DNA of 36,868 nucleotides from a virus: IMG/VR virus record IMGVR_UViG_3300045988_062603; one strand, 5' to 3'. Shown piece by piece: positions 23,950 to 32,605 of this stretch (position 1 is its first letter; each line of letters starts with the position of its first letter). The notes under the pieces were generated by a model. It saw only the letters and a program-made list of their open reading frames with translations, ran no database searches and was not told where the DNA came from. The position numbers and the translations under genes were made by a program.

Positions 23950-24179
23950 GAAGAAGAAAGCCCAGACTTCCGAAATGGAAATACGCCTTTTCCTGTCGGG
24001 ACTGTCGACACGTCCAGTTCATCAAGGACGAAGCGAAGGGCCGCGAAGGCGACTATTGCGTGAAGTCGATCGAACGTGCCGACGCCGGCCTTCCCGGCCC
24101 GATCCACGCGGACGAATCCGACCGTGTCGTCCGCTGTGACTGCTACGAACCGATTCCGAAGGAAGGTGATCCGGCGTGA
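23946..24179 (+). CDS. Hypothetical Cys-rich (zinc-ribbon-like) protein
   Basis: 77 aa with CRDC...C...CDC. Translationally coupled on both sides. Confidence 0.45.
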   Translation: MRRRKPRLPKWKYAFSCRDCRHVQFIKDEAKGREGDYCVKSIERADAGLPGPIHADESDRVVRCDCYEPIPKEGDPA

Positions 24180-24688
24180 TTCCCTTCCCGAAGAAGAAGT
24201 ATTCCGTGATCTACGCCGACCCGCCCTGGTCCTACGCCGCCGGCGGGAAGAAGCGGAATGTGACCCGACACTACCACACTATGAAGCCCGAAGACATATA
24301 TGACCTTCCGGTCCAGGACATAGCCGCCGACGACTGCCTTCTGTTCATGTGGGCGACCTTCCCGAACCTGGAAATCGCCCTGGAAACGATCAGGCGGTGG
24401 GGCTTCAAGTATAAAACCGCCGCCTTCGTATGGGTAAAGAGGAACCGGAAGTCCCCCGGCTGGTTCTGGGGCCTGGGGAACTGGACCAGGGCGAACCCGG
24501 AAGTCTGCCTTCTGGCGACGAAGGGGAACCCGAAGCGCGCTTCCCGTGCCGTCCATAGCGTAATCGACACCCCGATCGGCCGGCACAGCGAGAAGCCGGC
24601 GGAAACCCGCGACAGGATCGCCAGACAGCCGGCCCCCGGCTGGGACGCCTGGGGCGACGAAGTGGAAGGCGGTGACGCCGGTGAATGA
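24176..24688 (+). CDS. MT-A70-family N6-adenine DNA methyltransferase
   Basis: Catalytic motif YADPPWSY and downstream block RHSEKP...GWDAWGDE. Confidence 0.85.
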   Translation: MIPFPKKKYSVIYADPPWSYAAGGKKRNVTRHYHTMKPEDIYDLPVQDIAADDCLLFMWATFPNLEIALETIRRWGFKYKTAAFVWVKRNRKSPGWFWGLGNWTRANPEVCLLATKGNPKRASRAVHSVIDTPIGRHSEKPAETRDRIARQPAPGWDAWGDEVEGGDAGE

Positions 24689-25112
24689 GAACACGAAGAC
24701 GATCCGGGACCTGGCCGCGTATGTGTGCGACCGTCTGGTCGGGAAGGTCCTGATCCACCGCTACGACGCCTATTCCACCAACAGCGTTTATTTGAAGTTC
24801 GACTACGGCGTGGCGAACAGCCTTCGGATCGCCGACCACGCCGGGAAGGAATACCTGGCCTATCGGTTCAACATCATTCTGAACCTAACGGAGCCGAAGA
24901 ACGACCTGTCCGGACGCTTCCCCCGGAACTACTACCCGCCGGACATGGTCGACCAGGTGATCGAAGATATTCTGGCCGGCGTCGAAGCGAAGCGCGCCAG
25001 GTATCGGGACTATGAAAAGACCGTGGCGGACGCGAAAGCCAAAGTCACCCACGAACGGGGCTTCTGGCAACAGGCCCGCCTTGTGAAACAAAAGAGAGGT
25101 AAAAGACAATGA
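24672..25112 (+). CDS. Hypothetical protein
   Basis: 146-aa ORF in the operon. No recognisable family. Confidence 0.5.
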   Translation: MTPVNENTKTIRDLAAYVCDRLVGKVLIHRYDAYSTNSVYLKFDYGVANSLRIADHAGKEYLAYRFNIILNLTEPKNDLSGRFPRNYYPPDMVDQVIEDILAGVEAKRARYRDYEKTVADAKAKVTHERGFWQQARLVKQKRGKRQ

Positions 25113-25468
25113 CCATATCTGAACTTGTGGCCCGCGCCCACGACAACGCCGTGAAACACGGCTTCTGGAACCCCGCGCCGGAGTTCGGGACGGCGATCGC
25201 CCTGATTCATTCCGAACTGTCCGAATCCCTTGAGGAAGCAAGGGCCGGGAAGCCTGAACTGTACTTCAAGGAAGTCAACGGCTTCACGGTGACGGACGCA
25301 ACGGAACGGCGCGGGGAAAAGCCCGAAGGCGTGGCCGTGGAACTGGCCGACGCCGTGATCCGGATCGCGGACCTGTGCGGACACCTGGGAATCGACCTGG
25401 AAGCCGCGATCGACCTGAAAATGGCCTACAACGAAACCCGCCCGTTCAAACACGGGAAGCGGTTTTGA
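25109..25468 (+). CDS. MazG-like nucleotide pyrophosphohydrolase
   Basis: IALIHSELSESLEEAR and VAVELADAVIRIADLCGHLGIDLEAAI match the MazG EExxE/ExxD helices. Confidence 0.75.
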   Translation: MTISELVARAHDNAVKHGFWNPAPEFGTAIALIHSELSESLEEARAGKPELYFKEVNGFTVTDATERRGEKPEGVAVELADAVIRIADLCGHLGIDLEAAIDLKMAYNETRPFKHGKRF

Positions 25469-25482
25469 AGGGCGGTGACGAC

Positions 25483-25980
25483 ATGAAGAAGATCACCTTC
25501 GCCGCCCTTCTGATCCTGGCGGGCTTCGCTGTGTGCGCGTGGAGCGCGAAGGGATCGGAAGGAACGCGGCCGCCGGCGGAAGCCGGCGCGCCCGCCCCGG
25601 ACCCGACGGCCGAGGTCGTGGAGCCGCCCCAGGTCAGCCCGGAGCCGGTAGAACCCGCCTGGGCGGAGTACGAAGCGACCGCGTACTGTTCTTGTGAGAA
25701 ATGCTGTGGGGCCTGGGCGGAAAACCGGCCCGACGGGATCGTCTATACCGCCAGCGGAGCCGTCGCCCAGGAAGGCGTGACGATCGCCGCCGACTGGGAC
25801 GTCCTTCCCCCTGGGACCGTCGTCTACATTGACGGCCTGGGCGAACGTGTCGTCCAGGATCGCGGCGGGGCGATCAAAGGGAACGCCGTCGACGTCTACT
25901 TCGAGGACCACGACGAAGCCCTGGTCTTCGGCCGCCAGACCGTCCGTCTTTACATAGTCGAAGGCGGTGACGGACCTTGA
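25483..25980 (+). CDS. Secreted 3D-domain (MltA/RlpA-like) cell-wall-active protein
   Basis: ATG 25483. Signal-peptide-like N-terminus MKKITFAALLILAGFAVCAWS. The 3D-domain block includes TASGAVAQEGVTIAAD...VQDRGGAIKGNAVDVYF. Confidence 0.7.
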   Translation: MKKITFAALLILAGFAVCAWSAKGSEGTRPPAEAGAPAPDPTAEVVEPPQVSPEPVEPAWAEYEATAYCSCEKCCGAWAENRPDGIVYTASGAVAQEGVTIAADWDVLPPGTVVYIDGLGERVVQDRGGAIKGNAVDVYFEDHDEALVFGRQTVRLYIVEGGDGP

Positions 25981-26210
25981 AGACCTGTTCCGTGTGCGGC
26001 CGCCAGGTGAAGAAGACGGTCGCTTGTCCGTACCAGCGAAGGGGACTGGAAACCTGTCTTGACTGTTGCGAAAAGCGCTACGAAAGCGAACCCTTCCCCT
26101 GTCGCGAACACGACCAGAGGAAAGAACCGAAAGGGGGAAAAACACATGAACACTATAAAACGCGGCGACGTCTTCTTCTGCCTGGGAAGCCCCGACGCTG
26201 TCGGAAGTGA
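25977..26210 (+). CDS. Hypothetical Cys-rich small ORF (doubtful)
   Basis: TTG start. CSVCG...CLDCC. Overlaps the MazF-like start by 65 nt. It fills the slot where an antitoxin would be expected. Confidence 0.25.
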   Translation: MKTCSVCGRQVKKTVACPYQRRGLETCLDCCEKRYESEPFPCREHDQRKEPKGGKTHEHYKTRRRLLLPGKPRRCRK

Positions 26211-26724
26211 GGAACGGAAGACGTGCCCGGTCGTAATCGTCCAGAACAACGCCGGGAACGCCAGTTCCCCGACGGTGATCGTCGCCAACATGACCACCAA
26301 CACAACCCGCCGCCTGTACCCTATGCAATTCGACATCGACCTTCCCGGACACGCCCTGTCCCGTGTCCAGTGTGAGCAGATCAGGACCGTCGACAAGTGC
26401 CGACTTCGCGACAAGGTCTATTCCCTGACCGAAGACGAACTTCGGAAGCTGGACACCTGTCTGGCTGTGTCCTTCGGAATGACCCGCCAGGACGCCCAGG
26501 AAGGACACCAGGACGCCCGGAGCGGCGGGGACGACATATTCCTTGACCTGGCGCGAAAGGGCCTGTCCGTGGCCGTCTGCCCGCTTCCTGTGCTGAACCA
26601 GGTGAACATAACCGTCACCGACGGGAAGGACGCCGCGATCACCCGCAACGTCGCGGCCGCCGGCGGCGGAATCGTCGACGAAATCCAGGACATGAAGAAG
26701 GCGCTTGCAGAGGTGGCGAAGTGA
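26146..26724 (+). CDS. MazF/PemK-family endoribonuclease-like protein with a ~80-aa C-terminal extension
   Basis: ATG 26146 follows aaggggg. RGDVFFCLGSPDAVGSEERKTCPVVIVQNNAGNASSPTVIVANMTT...CEQIRTVDKCRLRDK aligns closely with B. subtilis MazF/EndoA as recalled from memory. Confidence 0.8.
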   Translation: MNTIKRGDVFFCLGSPDAVGSEERKTCPVVIVQNNAGNASSPTVIVANMTTNTTRRLYPMQFDIDLPGHALSRVQCEQIRTVDKCRLRDKVYSLTEDELRKLDTCLAVSFGMTRQDAQEGHQDARSGGDDIFLDLARKGLSVAVCPLPVLNQVNITVTDGKDAAITRNVAAAGGGIVDEIQDMKKALAEVAK

Positions 26725-27002
26725 TCCGGGGGAAGGAAGCGGCGGAAAAGTGGTCGAAGGCCCTGGACCTACCGGAAGAACAGGCGCTTCCATGTGTGGT
26801 GGCGTTCGCTTGCCTTCGCTATCACGGGAAATCATTTGTCCGCAAACTTGCGGCCGGCGACGGGAAGATCACGACCTGGCAATCGCTGAAAATCGCCGTG
26901 GCCTTGTTCCTGTGGAACCGCGCCACGAAGAAAGACCCCTGGGGCGAACTGTACCGGATCACGAAGTTCGCCCAGAAGTGGAAGGAAGGTGATTCTATAT
27001 GA
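26721..27002 (+). CDS. Hypothetical protein
   Basis: 93 aa. GTGA overlap with the MazF-like stop and ATGA overlap with ssb. Confidence 0.5.
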   Translation: MIRGKEAAEKWSKALDLPEEQALPCVVAFACLRYHGKSFVRKLAAGDGKITTWQSLKIAVALFLWNRATKKDPWGELYRITKFAQKWKEGDSI

Positions 27003-27406
27003 ACGACGTGAAACTGTCCGGCCGCCTGGTACGCGACCCGGAACTAAAACACACGCCGAACGGCGTCCCGGTGGCGACCTTTTCCCTGGCTGTCGACCGG
27101 AAGTTCAACAGAGAGGAAGCGGACTTCATTCCGATCGTCGCCTGGCGAAAGACGGCGGAGTTCGTGGCGAAGTATTTCCGGAAGGGACAGCGCGTGATCG
27201 TCGCCCAGGGCCGGATCAAGGTCGACCAGTACACCGACAAGGAAGGGAACAAACGGTCCCGCTTTTCTGTCGTGGCCGACGAAGTGGAGTTCGCCGACTC
27301 CAAACGCGCCCCCGAAGACCGCCCGGCCGGGAGCGTGGCGGCCGAATACATGGAGAACGGGGGCTTTGAGGAATTGGACGTCGAAGACGGTGAACTTCCG
27401 TTCTGA
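26999..27406 (+). CDS. ssb: Single-stranded DNA-binding protein
   Basis: OB-fold N-terminus (VKLSGRLVRDPELKHTPNGVPVATFSLAVDR) and an acidic C-terminal tip DGELPF. Confidence 0.9.
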   Translation: MNDVKLSGRLVRDPELKHTPNGVPVATFSLAVDRKFNREEADFIPIVAWRKTAEFVAKYFRKGQRVIVAQGRIKVDQYTDKEGNKRSRFSVVADEVEFADSKRAPEDRPAGSVAAEYMENGGFEELDVEDGELPF

Positions 27407-27431
27407 ACACCGGCAGGAAGGGGGCGAAGGC

Positions 27432-27941
27432 ATGGACGCCAAAGAGAAAGCAAAGCGCGCGGAAGAACGGACGACCCGCCGCGTTTACGACATCTTGAAG
27501 AATCACGATCAGGAAACCCGGACGATCGAAGCGCAGATCGAAGCTGAACGCGCGGCCCTGGAAGCAGACCTGGCAGAGATCAGGACCAGAGCCTACCCGC
27601 GCGCCGTTCGCTATGACACGCCCCGCGTCCAGTCGTCCCCCGACCCTGACGGAAACATGGTCAAGATCGCCGCCGCCATTGAGCGGCGGACGGCCCGGAC
27701 GAAAAGGGCGGTCGAAGCCCTGGAAGAACGCCAGCGGCAGATCGAAAACGTCCACGAAATCGTCCTGGCTATGGACGCGAAGGCGAAGATCGTCCTTCTG
27801 ACCATGTACTACCCGCGCCGGACCTACGAACAGGCCGCCGAAGCCCTGGGAATGGACGTGTCGACGGTCAGTCGCCAGAGGAAGACCGCTGTCGAACGCC
27901 TGGTCCGGAAATATATCCGCCTTCATGGGGCGATAGAATGA
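27432..27941 (+). CDS. Sigma-70 region-4-like late transcription regulator
   Basis: The C-terminal KIVLLTMYYPRRTYEQAAEALGMDVSTVSRQRKTAVERLVRKY matches a sigma region 4 HTH. This is the last gene before the terminase module. Confidence 0.6.
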   Translation: MDAKEKAKRAEERTTRRVYDILKNHDQETRTIEAQIEAERAALEADLAEIRTRAYPRAVRYDTPRVQSSPDPDGNMVKIAAAIERRTARTKRAVEALEERQRQIENVHEIVLAMDAKAKIVLLTMYYPRRTYEQAAEALGMDVSTVSRQRKTAVERLVRKYIRLHGAIE

Positions 27942-27965
27942 AGCGCCCCGCGTCGGCGGAAAGTT

Positions 27966-28013
27966 TTTGCATATGATTGCACATCTTTGCAAATGTTTGC
28001 ATATAACTGCACT
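27966..28013 (+). repeat. Five helically phased 10-bp repeats centred on TGCA
   Basis: TGCA at 27968, 27978, 27988, 27998 and 28008, exactly 10 bp apart. Units: ttgcatatga, ttgcacatct, ttgcaaatgt, ttgcatataa, ctgcactggt. Confidence 0.85.
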
Positions 28014-28097
28014 GGTCAACGACCGCGCAATATGCGAAAATGCTACAAGGGAACCTTGCAGAGTTCCCGGACTCCTTTTCATTTGATAGGGACGCAG

Positions 28098-28131
28098 AAA
28101 GGAACGCCTTCGCCGGCGTTCCTTTTCTGTT
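28098..28131 (+). terminator. Rho-independent terminator-like hairpin upstream of terS
   Basis: Perfect 11-bp stem aaaggaacgcc / ggcgttccttt with a 6-nt loop and a T-rich tail (ttttctgtt). Confidence 0.6.
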
Positions 28132-28169
28132 GCCCCGAAACGACCACACAGAAAGGACGGTGAAGAATC

Positions 28170-28670
28170 GTGGCCCGCCTGACGAAGAAGAACGAAGTCT
28201 TCTGTGACGAATACCTGATCGACCTGAACGCGACACAGGCCGCGATCCGCGCCGGATATTCCGTGGAATCGGCGGGGAGTATCGGAAGTGAATTGCTGAA
28301 AAAACCTGAAATCCGCGCGCGCATTGACCGCGCTATGGCCGAAAGGTCGAAGCGGACGGGGATCAATGCCGACCGGGTCCTTCTGGAACTGGGGAAAATC
28401 GCCTTCGTGAACGCGATCGACGTGATCAACATGAACGACGCGACCGTCCTGTCGGACGCTTCCCGCGACGACACGGCCGCGATCGCTTCTGTGAAAGTGA
28501 AAGTAATCCCCGGAGAGGACGGCGACGGCGTGGAACGGGAAATCCGACTGGCCGACAAATTGAAGGCCCTGGAACTGTGCGGGAAGCACCTGGGAATGTT
28601 CAAAGACAGCCCGGACAGCGCCGCGCCTGTGACGGTGGTGATCAATTATGACTACGGCCCGGACGATTGA
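28170..28670 (+). CDS. terS: Terminase small subunit (Terminase_2 / P27 family)
   Basis: GTG start. FCDEYLIDLNATQAAIRAGYSVESAGSIGSELLKKPEIRARID is the classic family N-terminus. Confidence 0.9.
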   Translation: MARLTKKNEVFCDEYLIDLNATQAAIRAGYSVESAGSIGSELLKKPEIRARIDRAMAERSKRTGINADRVLLELGKIAFVNAIDVINMNDATVLSDASRDDTAAIASVKVKVIPGEDGDGVEREIRLADKLKALELCGKHLGMFKDSPDSAAPVTVVINYDYGPDD

Positions 28671-29919
28671 GTTCAGAGCGTCCGCCCAGTTCAACCCTGT
28701 CTTCCGGCCTGTGAATGAGTGGCGCGGAAGATACCGCATTTTGAAAGGGTCCGCCGGGTCCGGGAAGTCTGTGAACATAGCCCAGGACTACGTCGCGAAG
28801 CTGTCCGACCCCGCCTTCCAGGGGGCGAACCTTTTAGTCGTCCGGAAGATTGAGGAAACGAACCGTGACAGTACCTTCGCAGAGTTACAGGCGGCAATCT
28901 ACCGAATGTTCGGCCCCTATGCCGACCGCTTCTGGAAGGTCAACCTGAACCCCCTGGCGCTGGAATGTCGGACCACCGGGAACCGGATCATTTTCCGGGG
29001 CGTGAAGGACCAACGCCAGCGCGAGAAGGTGAAGTCAATCACCTTCAAGAACGGGAAACTGGTCTGGATATGGTGTGAAGAAGCGACGGAACTTCTTTCC
29101 GAAGACGTCGACATTCTGGACGACCGCCTTCGCGGCAACCTGGAAGACCTGAACCCGAACCTGTTCTATCAGATCACAATGACCTTCAACCCGGTCAGCG
29201 CGACACACTGGATCAAGGCCCGCTACTTCGACAAGGCCGATCCGGACGTCCTGACCCATCATTCGACATACAAGACGAACCGATTCATCGACCCCGCCTA
29301 TTTCCGCCGCATGGAGCGCCGGAAGGAAGAAGACCCGGAAGGCTATCGCGTCTACGGCCTGGGCGAGTGGGGCGAACTGGGCGGCCTGATTCTGACGAAC
29401 TTCGAGGTCCACGACTTCCCGACCGACCGGGACTTCTTCGACGGCTTCTATTACGGCCAGGACTTCGGCTTCAACCACGCCGACGCGATCCTGGGGATCG
29501 GCTGGAAGGACGGCGAAATCTATGTCACGTCCGAAGTGTATGTCTTCGAGAAGGACACCGAAGAAATAATCGCCCTTGCCCGCCAGAAGCGGATAGACCC
29601 CCGCGTGGAAATGTTCTGTGATTCCGCAGAGCCGGACCGGATCAGGACGTGGCAGAAGGCCGGCTTCCGCGCCTACCCCGTGAAGAAAGAGCCTGGAAGC
29701 GTGAAGGCCCAGATCGACTTCCTGAAAGGCCGGAAAATCCACATTCACCCGTCATGTGTGAACACCTTGAAGGAAGTTCAACAGTGGAAATGGAAGAAGG
29801 ACCCGACCACGGGTCTTTACATCGACGAACCAGTCGAGTTCATGGACGACGCTATGGCGGCGCTACGCTATGGCGTGGAGCGTCCGCGACGTGGGTCGTC
29901 CATCGAAGTTTTGAAGTGA
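28648..29919 (+). CDS. terL: Terminase large subunit (PBSX XtmB-like)
   Basis: Walker A KGSAGSGKS. 423 aa. Overlaps the end of terS. Confidence 0.9.
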   Translation: MTTARTIEFRASAQFNPVFRPVNEWRGRYRILKGSAGSGKSVNIAQDYVAKLSDPAFQGANLLVVRKIEETNRDSTFAELQAAIYRMFGPYADRFWKVNLNPLALECRTTGNRIIFRGVKDQRQREKVKSITFKNGKLVWIWCEEATELLSEDVDILDDRLRGNLEDLNPNLFYQITMTFNPVSATHWIKARYFDKADPDVLTHHSTYKTNRFIDPAYFRRMERRKEEDPEGYRVYGLGEWGELGGLILTNFEVHDFPTDRDFFDGFYYGQDFGFNHADAILGIGWKDGEIYVTSEVYVFEKDTEEIIALARQKRIDPRVEMFCDSAEPDRIRTWQKAGFRAYPVKKEPGSVKAQIDFLKGRKIHIHPSCVNTLKEVQQWKWKKDPTTGLYIDEPVEFMDDAMAALRYGVERPRRGSSIEVLK

Positions 29920-29929
29920 GGTGGCAAAA

Positions 29930-31438
29930 ATGGAACTGTCCGTCATGGACCGGATCAACATGATCCTGAACGACCCGGAAAAGGTCCCTATGACCCTGGC
30001 CCAGATCGTCAGCGAGGAAATCAGGGAGTTCAAGCGGTCGCCCCAGTATTCGATCATGCTGGAAGCCGAAGCATATTACAGGAACAGGTCTTCCGTCCAG
30101 ACGAAGACGGTCGACGTCGCCAACCGTTCGAACGCGAAGATCGAACGGCCGATCCTGAAAAAGCTGGTGGACCAGAAAGCGAACTACCTTCTGTCGAAGC
30201 CCTGGACCGTGGACACCGAAAGCGAAGCATACGGCGAAGCACTGAACAAGGTCTTCGACCAGACCTTCCGCCGGAAGGTCAAGAGCCTTGGAAAAGGCGC
30301 TGTAAAGTCCGGGATCGCCTGGATTCAGCCCTACTTCGACGACGACGGGAAACTGGCCTTCATGCGAATCCCGTCCCCCGAAGTGGTCCCCTTGTGGCGG
30401 GATTCAGAGCGAACGAAGCTGGACGCCTTCATTCGCTTCTATGACCAGGTCATTTACATCGGGATCAGGAAGCACATCATTACACACGCCGAATTTTGGT
30501 GGACCGGCGGCGTGAAGTATTTCAAGACGGACGCCTTCGCGGGGACCGGGGCCGGCGACTTCTACGTCGACAAGGACCACGGGACCGAGGAAACCGACTG
30601 GACCGAACCACACTTCACCGTCGGGAACACGGCCTACAACTGGTCCGAAGTCCCGATCGCGTGGCTGAAATACAACGAAGAAGAACTTCCCCTGTGTTAC
30701 TTCGTGAAGGACCTGATCGACGACATCAACTGGCAAAACAGCGTCACGGCCGACGTCCTTCGCGACGTGGCGAAGTTCATCTACATTCTGAAAAACTACG
30801 GCGGAACCGACCTGGCGGAGTTCCTGAAAGACTTGAAGGAACACATGGCGATCAAGGTCACTTCCGACGGCGGCGTGGACAAGTTACAGGCAGACCTGAA
30901 CATCGACGCCGTCATGGCCTTCCTGGACAATGAACGCCGGGACATCTATGACTATGCTTCCGCCGTGGACACGAAGGACCCGGACCTGGGGAACGCCAGC
31001 GGGACGGCGATCAACTTCCGATATATGGACCTGGACGCCGACTGTGATTCCCTGGGAACCGAACTGAAAGACACCTTCCACCGGCTGAAACTGTTCATCG
31101 ACGTCTATTTCCAGATCACCGGCCAGGGCGACTTCACCGGCGAGGACTTCGACATCGTGTTCAACATGGACCTTCCGGTCAATGAAACCGACGTAATCAA
31201 CAACGCCCGGACCAGTGACGGTCTTATTTCCAAACGGACGATTCTTCAAAATCACCCGTGGGTCACGGACGTCGACGAAGAACTGGACCAGATCGACAAG
31301 GAAAAGAAGGCCGCTATGGAAGACTTCGGCGAAGGTCTGTTCAACGATTCCTTGGGTGCGAACAACGCCGCCCAGACGGCCCAGGAAGGCCAGGAAGGGG
31401 CCGCCGGAAAGGCTGGTGGCGTGAATGGCGAGGAATAA
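29930..31438 (+). CDS. Portal protein (SPP1 gp6-like)
   Basis: ATG 29930 follows gaggtgg. About 500 aa, located immediately after terL. The acidic, Gln-rich C-terminus is typical of portals. Confidence 0.85.
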   Translation: MELSVMDRINMILNDPEKVPMTLAQIVSEEIREFKRSPQYSIMLEAEAYYRNRSSVQTKTVDVANRSNAKIERPILKKLVDQKANYLLSKPWTVDTESEAYGEALNKVFDQTFRRKVKSLGKGAVKSGIAWIQPYFDDDGKLAFMRIPSPEVVPLWRDSERTKLDAFIRFYDQVIYIGIRKHIITHAEFWWTGGVKYFKTDAFAGTGAGDFYVDKDHGTEETDWTEPHFTVGNTAYNWSEVPIAWLKYNEEELPLCYFVKDLIDDINWQNSVTADVLRDVAKFIYILKNYGGTDLAEFLKDLKEHMAIKVTSDGGVDKLQADLNIDAVMAFLDNERRDIYDYASAVDTKDPDLGNASGTAINFRYMDLDADCDSLGTELKDTFHRLKLFIDVYFQITGQGDFTGEDFDIVFNMDLPVNETDVINNARTSDGLISKRTILQNHPWVTDVDEELDQIDKEKKAAMEDFGEGLFNDSLGANNAAQTAQEGQEGAAGKAGGVNGEE

Positions 31439-32132
31439 GGAATACTGGATCGCCCGCGCCCTTCAACGCGAGAATGAAGCCTATCTTCGCGGCGTCGGCC
31501 TGACGGCGAAAATGTTCCAGGAATACGACAGAGCCGCGAAGGCGATCCGCCGGGAGATCGGCGACTTCTATTCGAAGTACGCCGGCAAGTATGGCCTGAC
31601 CTATGACCAGGCGGTCCGCCTTCTGACCCGGAAAGAGTTCCAGGAGTGGAAGGCGACCCTGGCCGAATATGTCGCCAGGATCGCCCAGGAACCGGACCCC
31701 CGCGTCAAGGCGATCCTGACGGCCCAACTGGACGCCCTGTCCACGAACAGCCGCATTTCCCGCCTTGAAGCCCTTCTGGGACAGATCGACCTGAAACTGA
31801 ATGACCTGTGGGAAACCGGCGTGGCCCAGATGAAGGCAGAGTTCGGCGACGCCTTCCGGGAAGGCTACTACAAGAAAATCTTCGACATTCAGTCCCGCGT
31901 CGGCTTCTTCCATGAGATCGCGAAGCTGGACGAAAGCGTCGTCGAAGACGTCCTGTCCTACCCCTGGTCCGGCGCTATGTTTTCGGATCGCCTGTGGCAG
32001 AACAAACAGGCCCTTCTGTTCCATGTCCGGGAAACCATCACACAAGGGATCATGCAGGAAAGAGCGTCCCGACCATGTCGAAGGAACTGTCGGCCCGAAT
32101 GGGGCAGTCCTACAAGGCCGCCGAACGCCTGA
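31425..32132 (+). CDS. Minor head protein (SPP1 gp7 / Mu F-like), N-terminal portion; frame breaks near 32055-32065
   Basis: Family-like sequence runs up to ...HVRETITQGIMQ. After that the frame yields Arg/Pro-rich nonsense (ERASRPCRRNCRPEWGSPTRPPNA). Confidence 0.7.
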   Translation: MARNKEYWIARALQRENEAYLRGVGLTAKMFQEYDRAAKAIRREIGDFYSKYAGKYGLTYDQAVRLLTRKEFQEWKATLAEYVARIAQEPDPRVKAILTAQLDALSTNSRISRLEALLGQIDLKLNDLWETGVAQMKAEFGDAFREGYYKKIFDIQSRVGFFHEIAKLDESVVEDVLSYPWSGAMFSDRLWQNKQALLFHVRETITQGIMQERASRPCRRNCRPEWGSPTRPPNA

Positions 32133-32491
32133 TCCGAACAGAAACGACCTACTTCCACGGGGAGTCGGACAAGGCCGCCTATGAAGCGGCCGGCGTGGAC
32201 GAATATGAATACGTCGCGACCCTGGACAGCCGGACCTGTGAAGTATGCGCCGCCCTGGACGGGAAGCACTTCAAATTGAAGGACGCCCAGGCCGGCGTGA
32301 ACTATCCGCCCATGCACCCGAACGACCGCTGTACTACGGTCGAATATGACCCGGACGACGCCCTGGACTGGTACAATTCCGGCCAGAAAATGCCCGAAAA
32401 TATGACCTATGAGGAATGGGCGGAGCGCCAGAACGTGAAAACCGGCACGGACAAGCGAAATCAACTGAAAACGACTTCAAACGATGATTGA
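31994..32491 (+). CDS. Minor head protein (SPP1 gp7 / Mu F-like), C-terminal portion in the -1 frame
   Basis: From ...GKSVPTMSKELSARMGQSYKAAERLIRTETTYFHGE...DSRTCEVCAALDGKHF...PPMHPNDRCT the conserved MuF core is present. The meaningful sequence begins near 32058. Confidence 0.7.
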   Translation: MAEQTGPSVPCPGNHHTRDHAGKSVPTMSKELSARMGQSYKAAERLIRTETTYFHGESDKAAYEAAGVDEYEYVATLDSRTCEVCAALDGKHFKLKDAQAGVNYPPMHPNDRCTTVEYDPDDALDWYNSGQKMPENMTYEEWAERQNVKTGTDKRNQLKTTSNDD

Positions 32492-32513
32492 ACGCCCTTC
32501 CAGGGCGTTTTTT
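32491..32513 (+). terminator. Rho-independent terminator inside the late operon
   Basis: 8-bp stem aacgccct / agggcgtt with a 3-nt loop, running into TTTTTT. Confidence 0.6.
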
Positions 32514-32605
32514 CATACCCAAAACAGCCGCCCCCGCCCGGCGAACCGGCGGGACCGCAAAGCGTGTGGAAGTCACGGTAAAGACAGCGGGGAAAGGAGC
32601 AAACC

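Noticed and set aside
25426-28778. Long minus-strand ORFs (25426..26835 and 27216..28778); similar ones lie at 15922..17100 and 35352..36521
   Set aside because: All are antisense to recognisable + strand genes (3D-domain protein, MazF, SSB, terS, IS30 transposase, sheath). They show the same low-complexity composition and were treated as non-coding.
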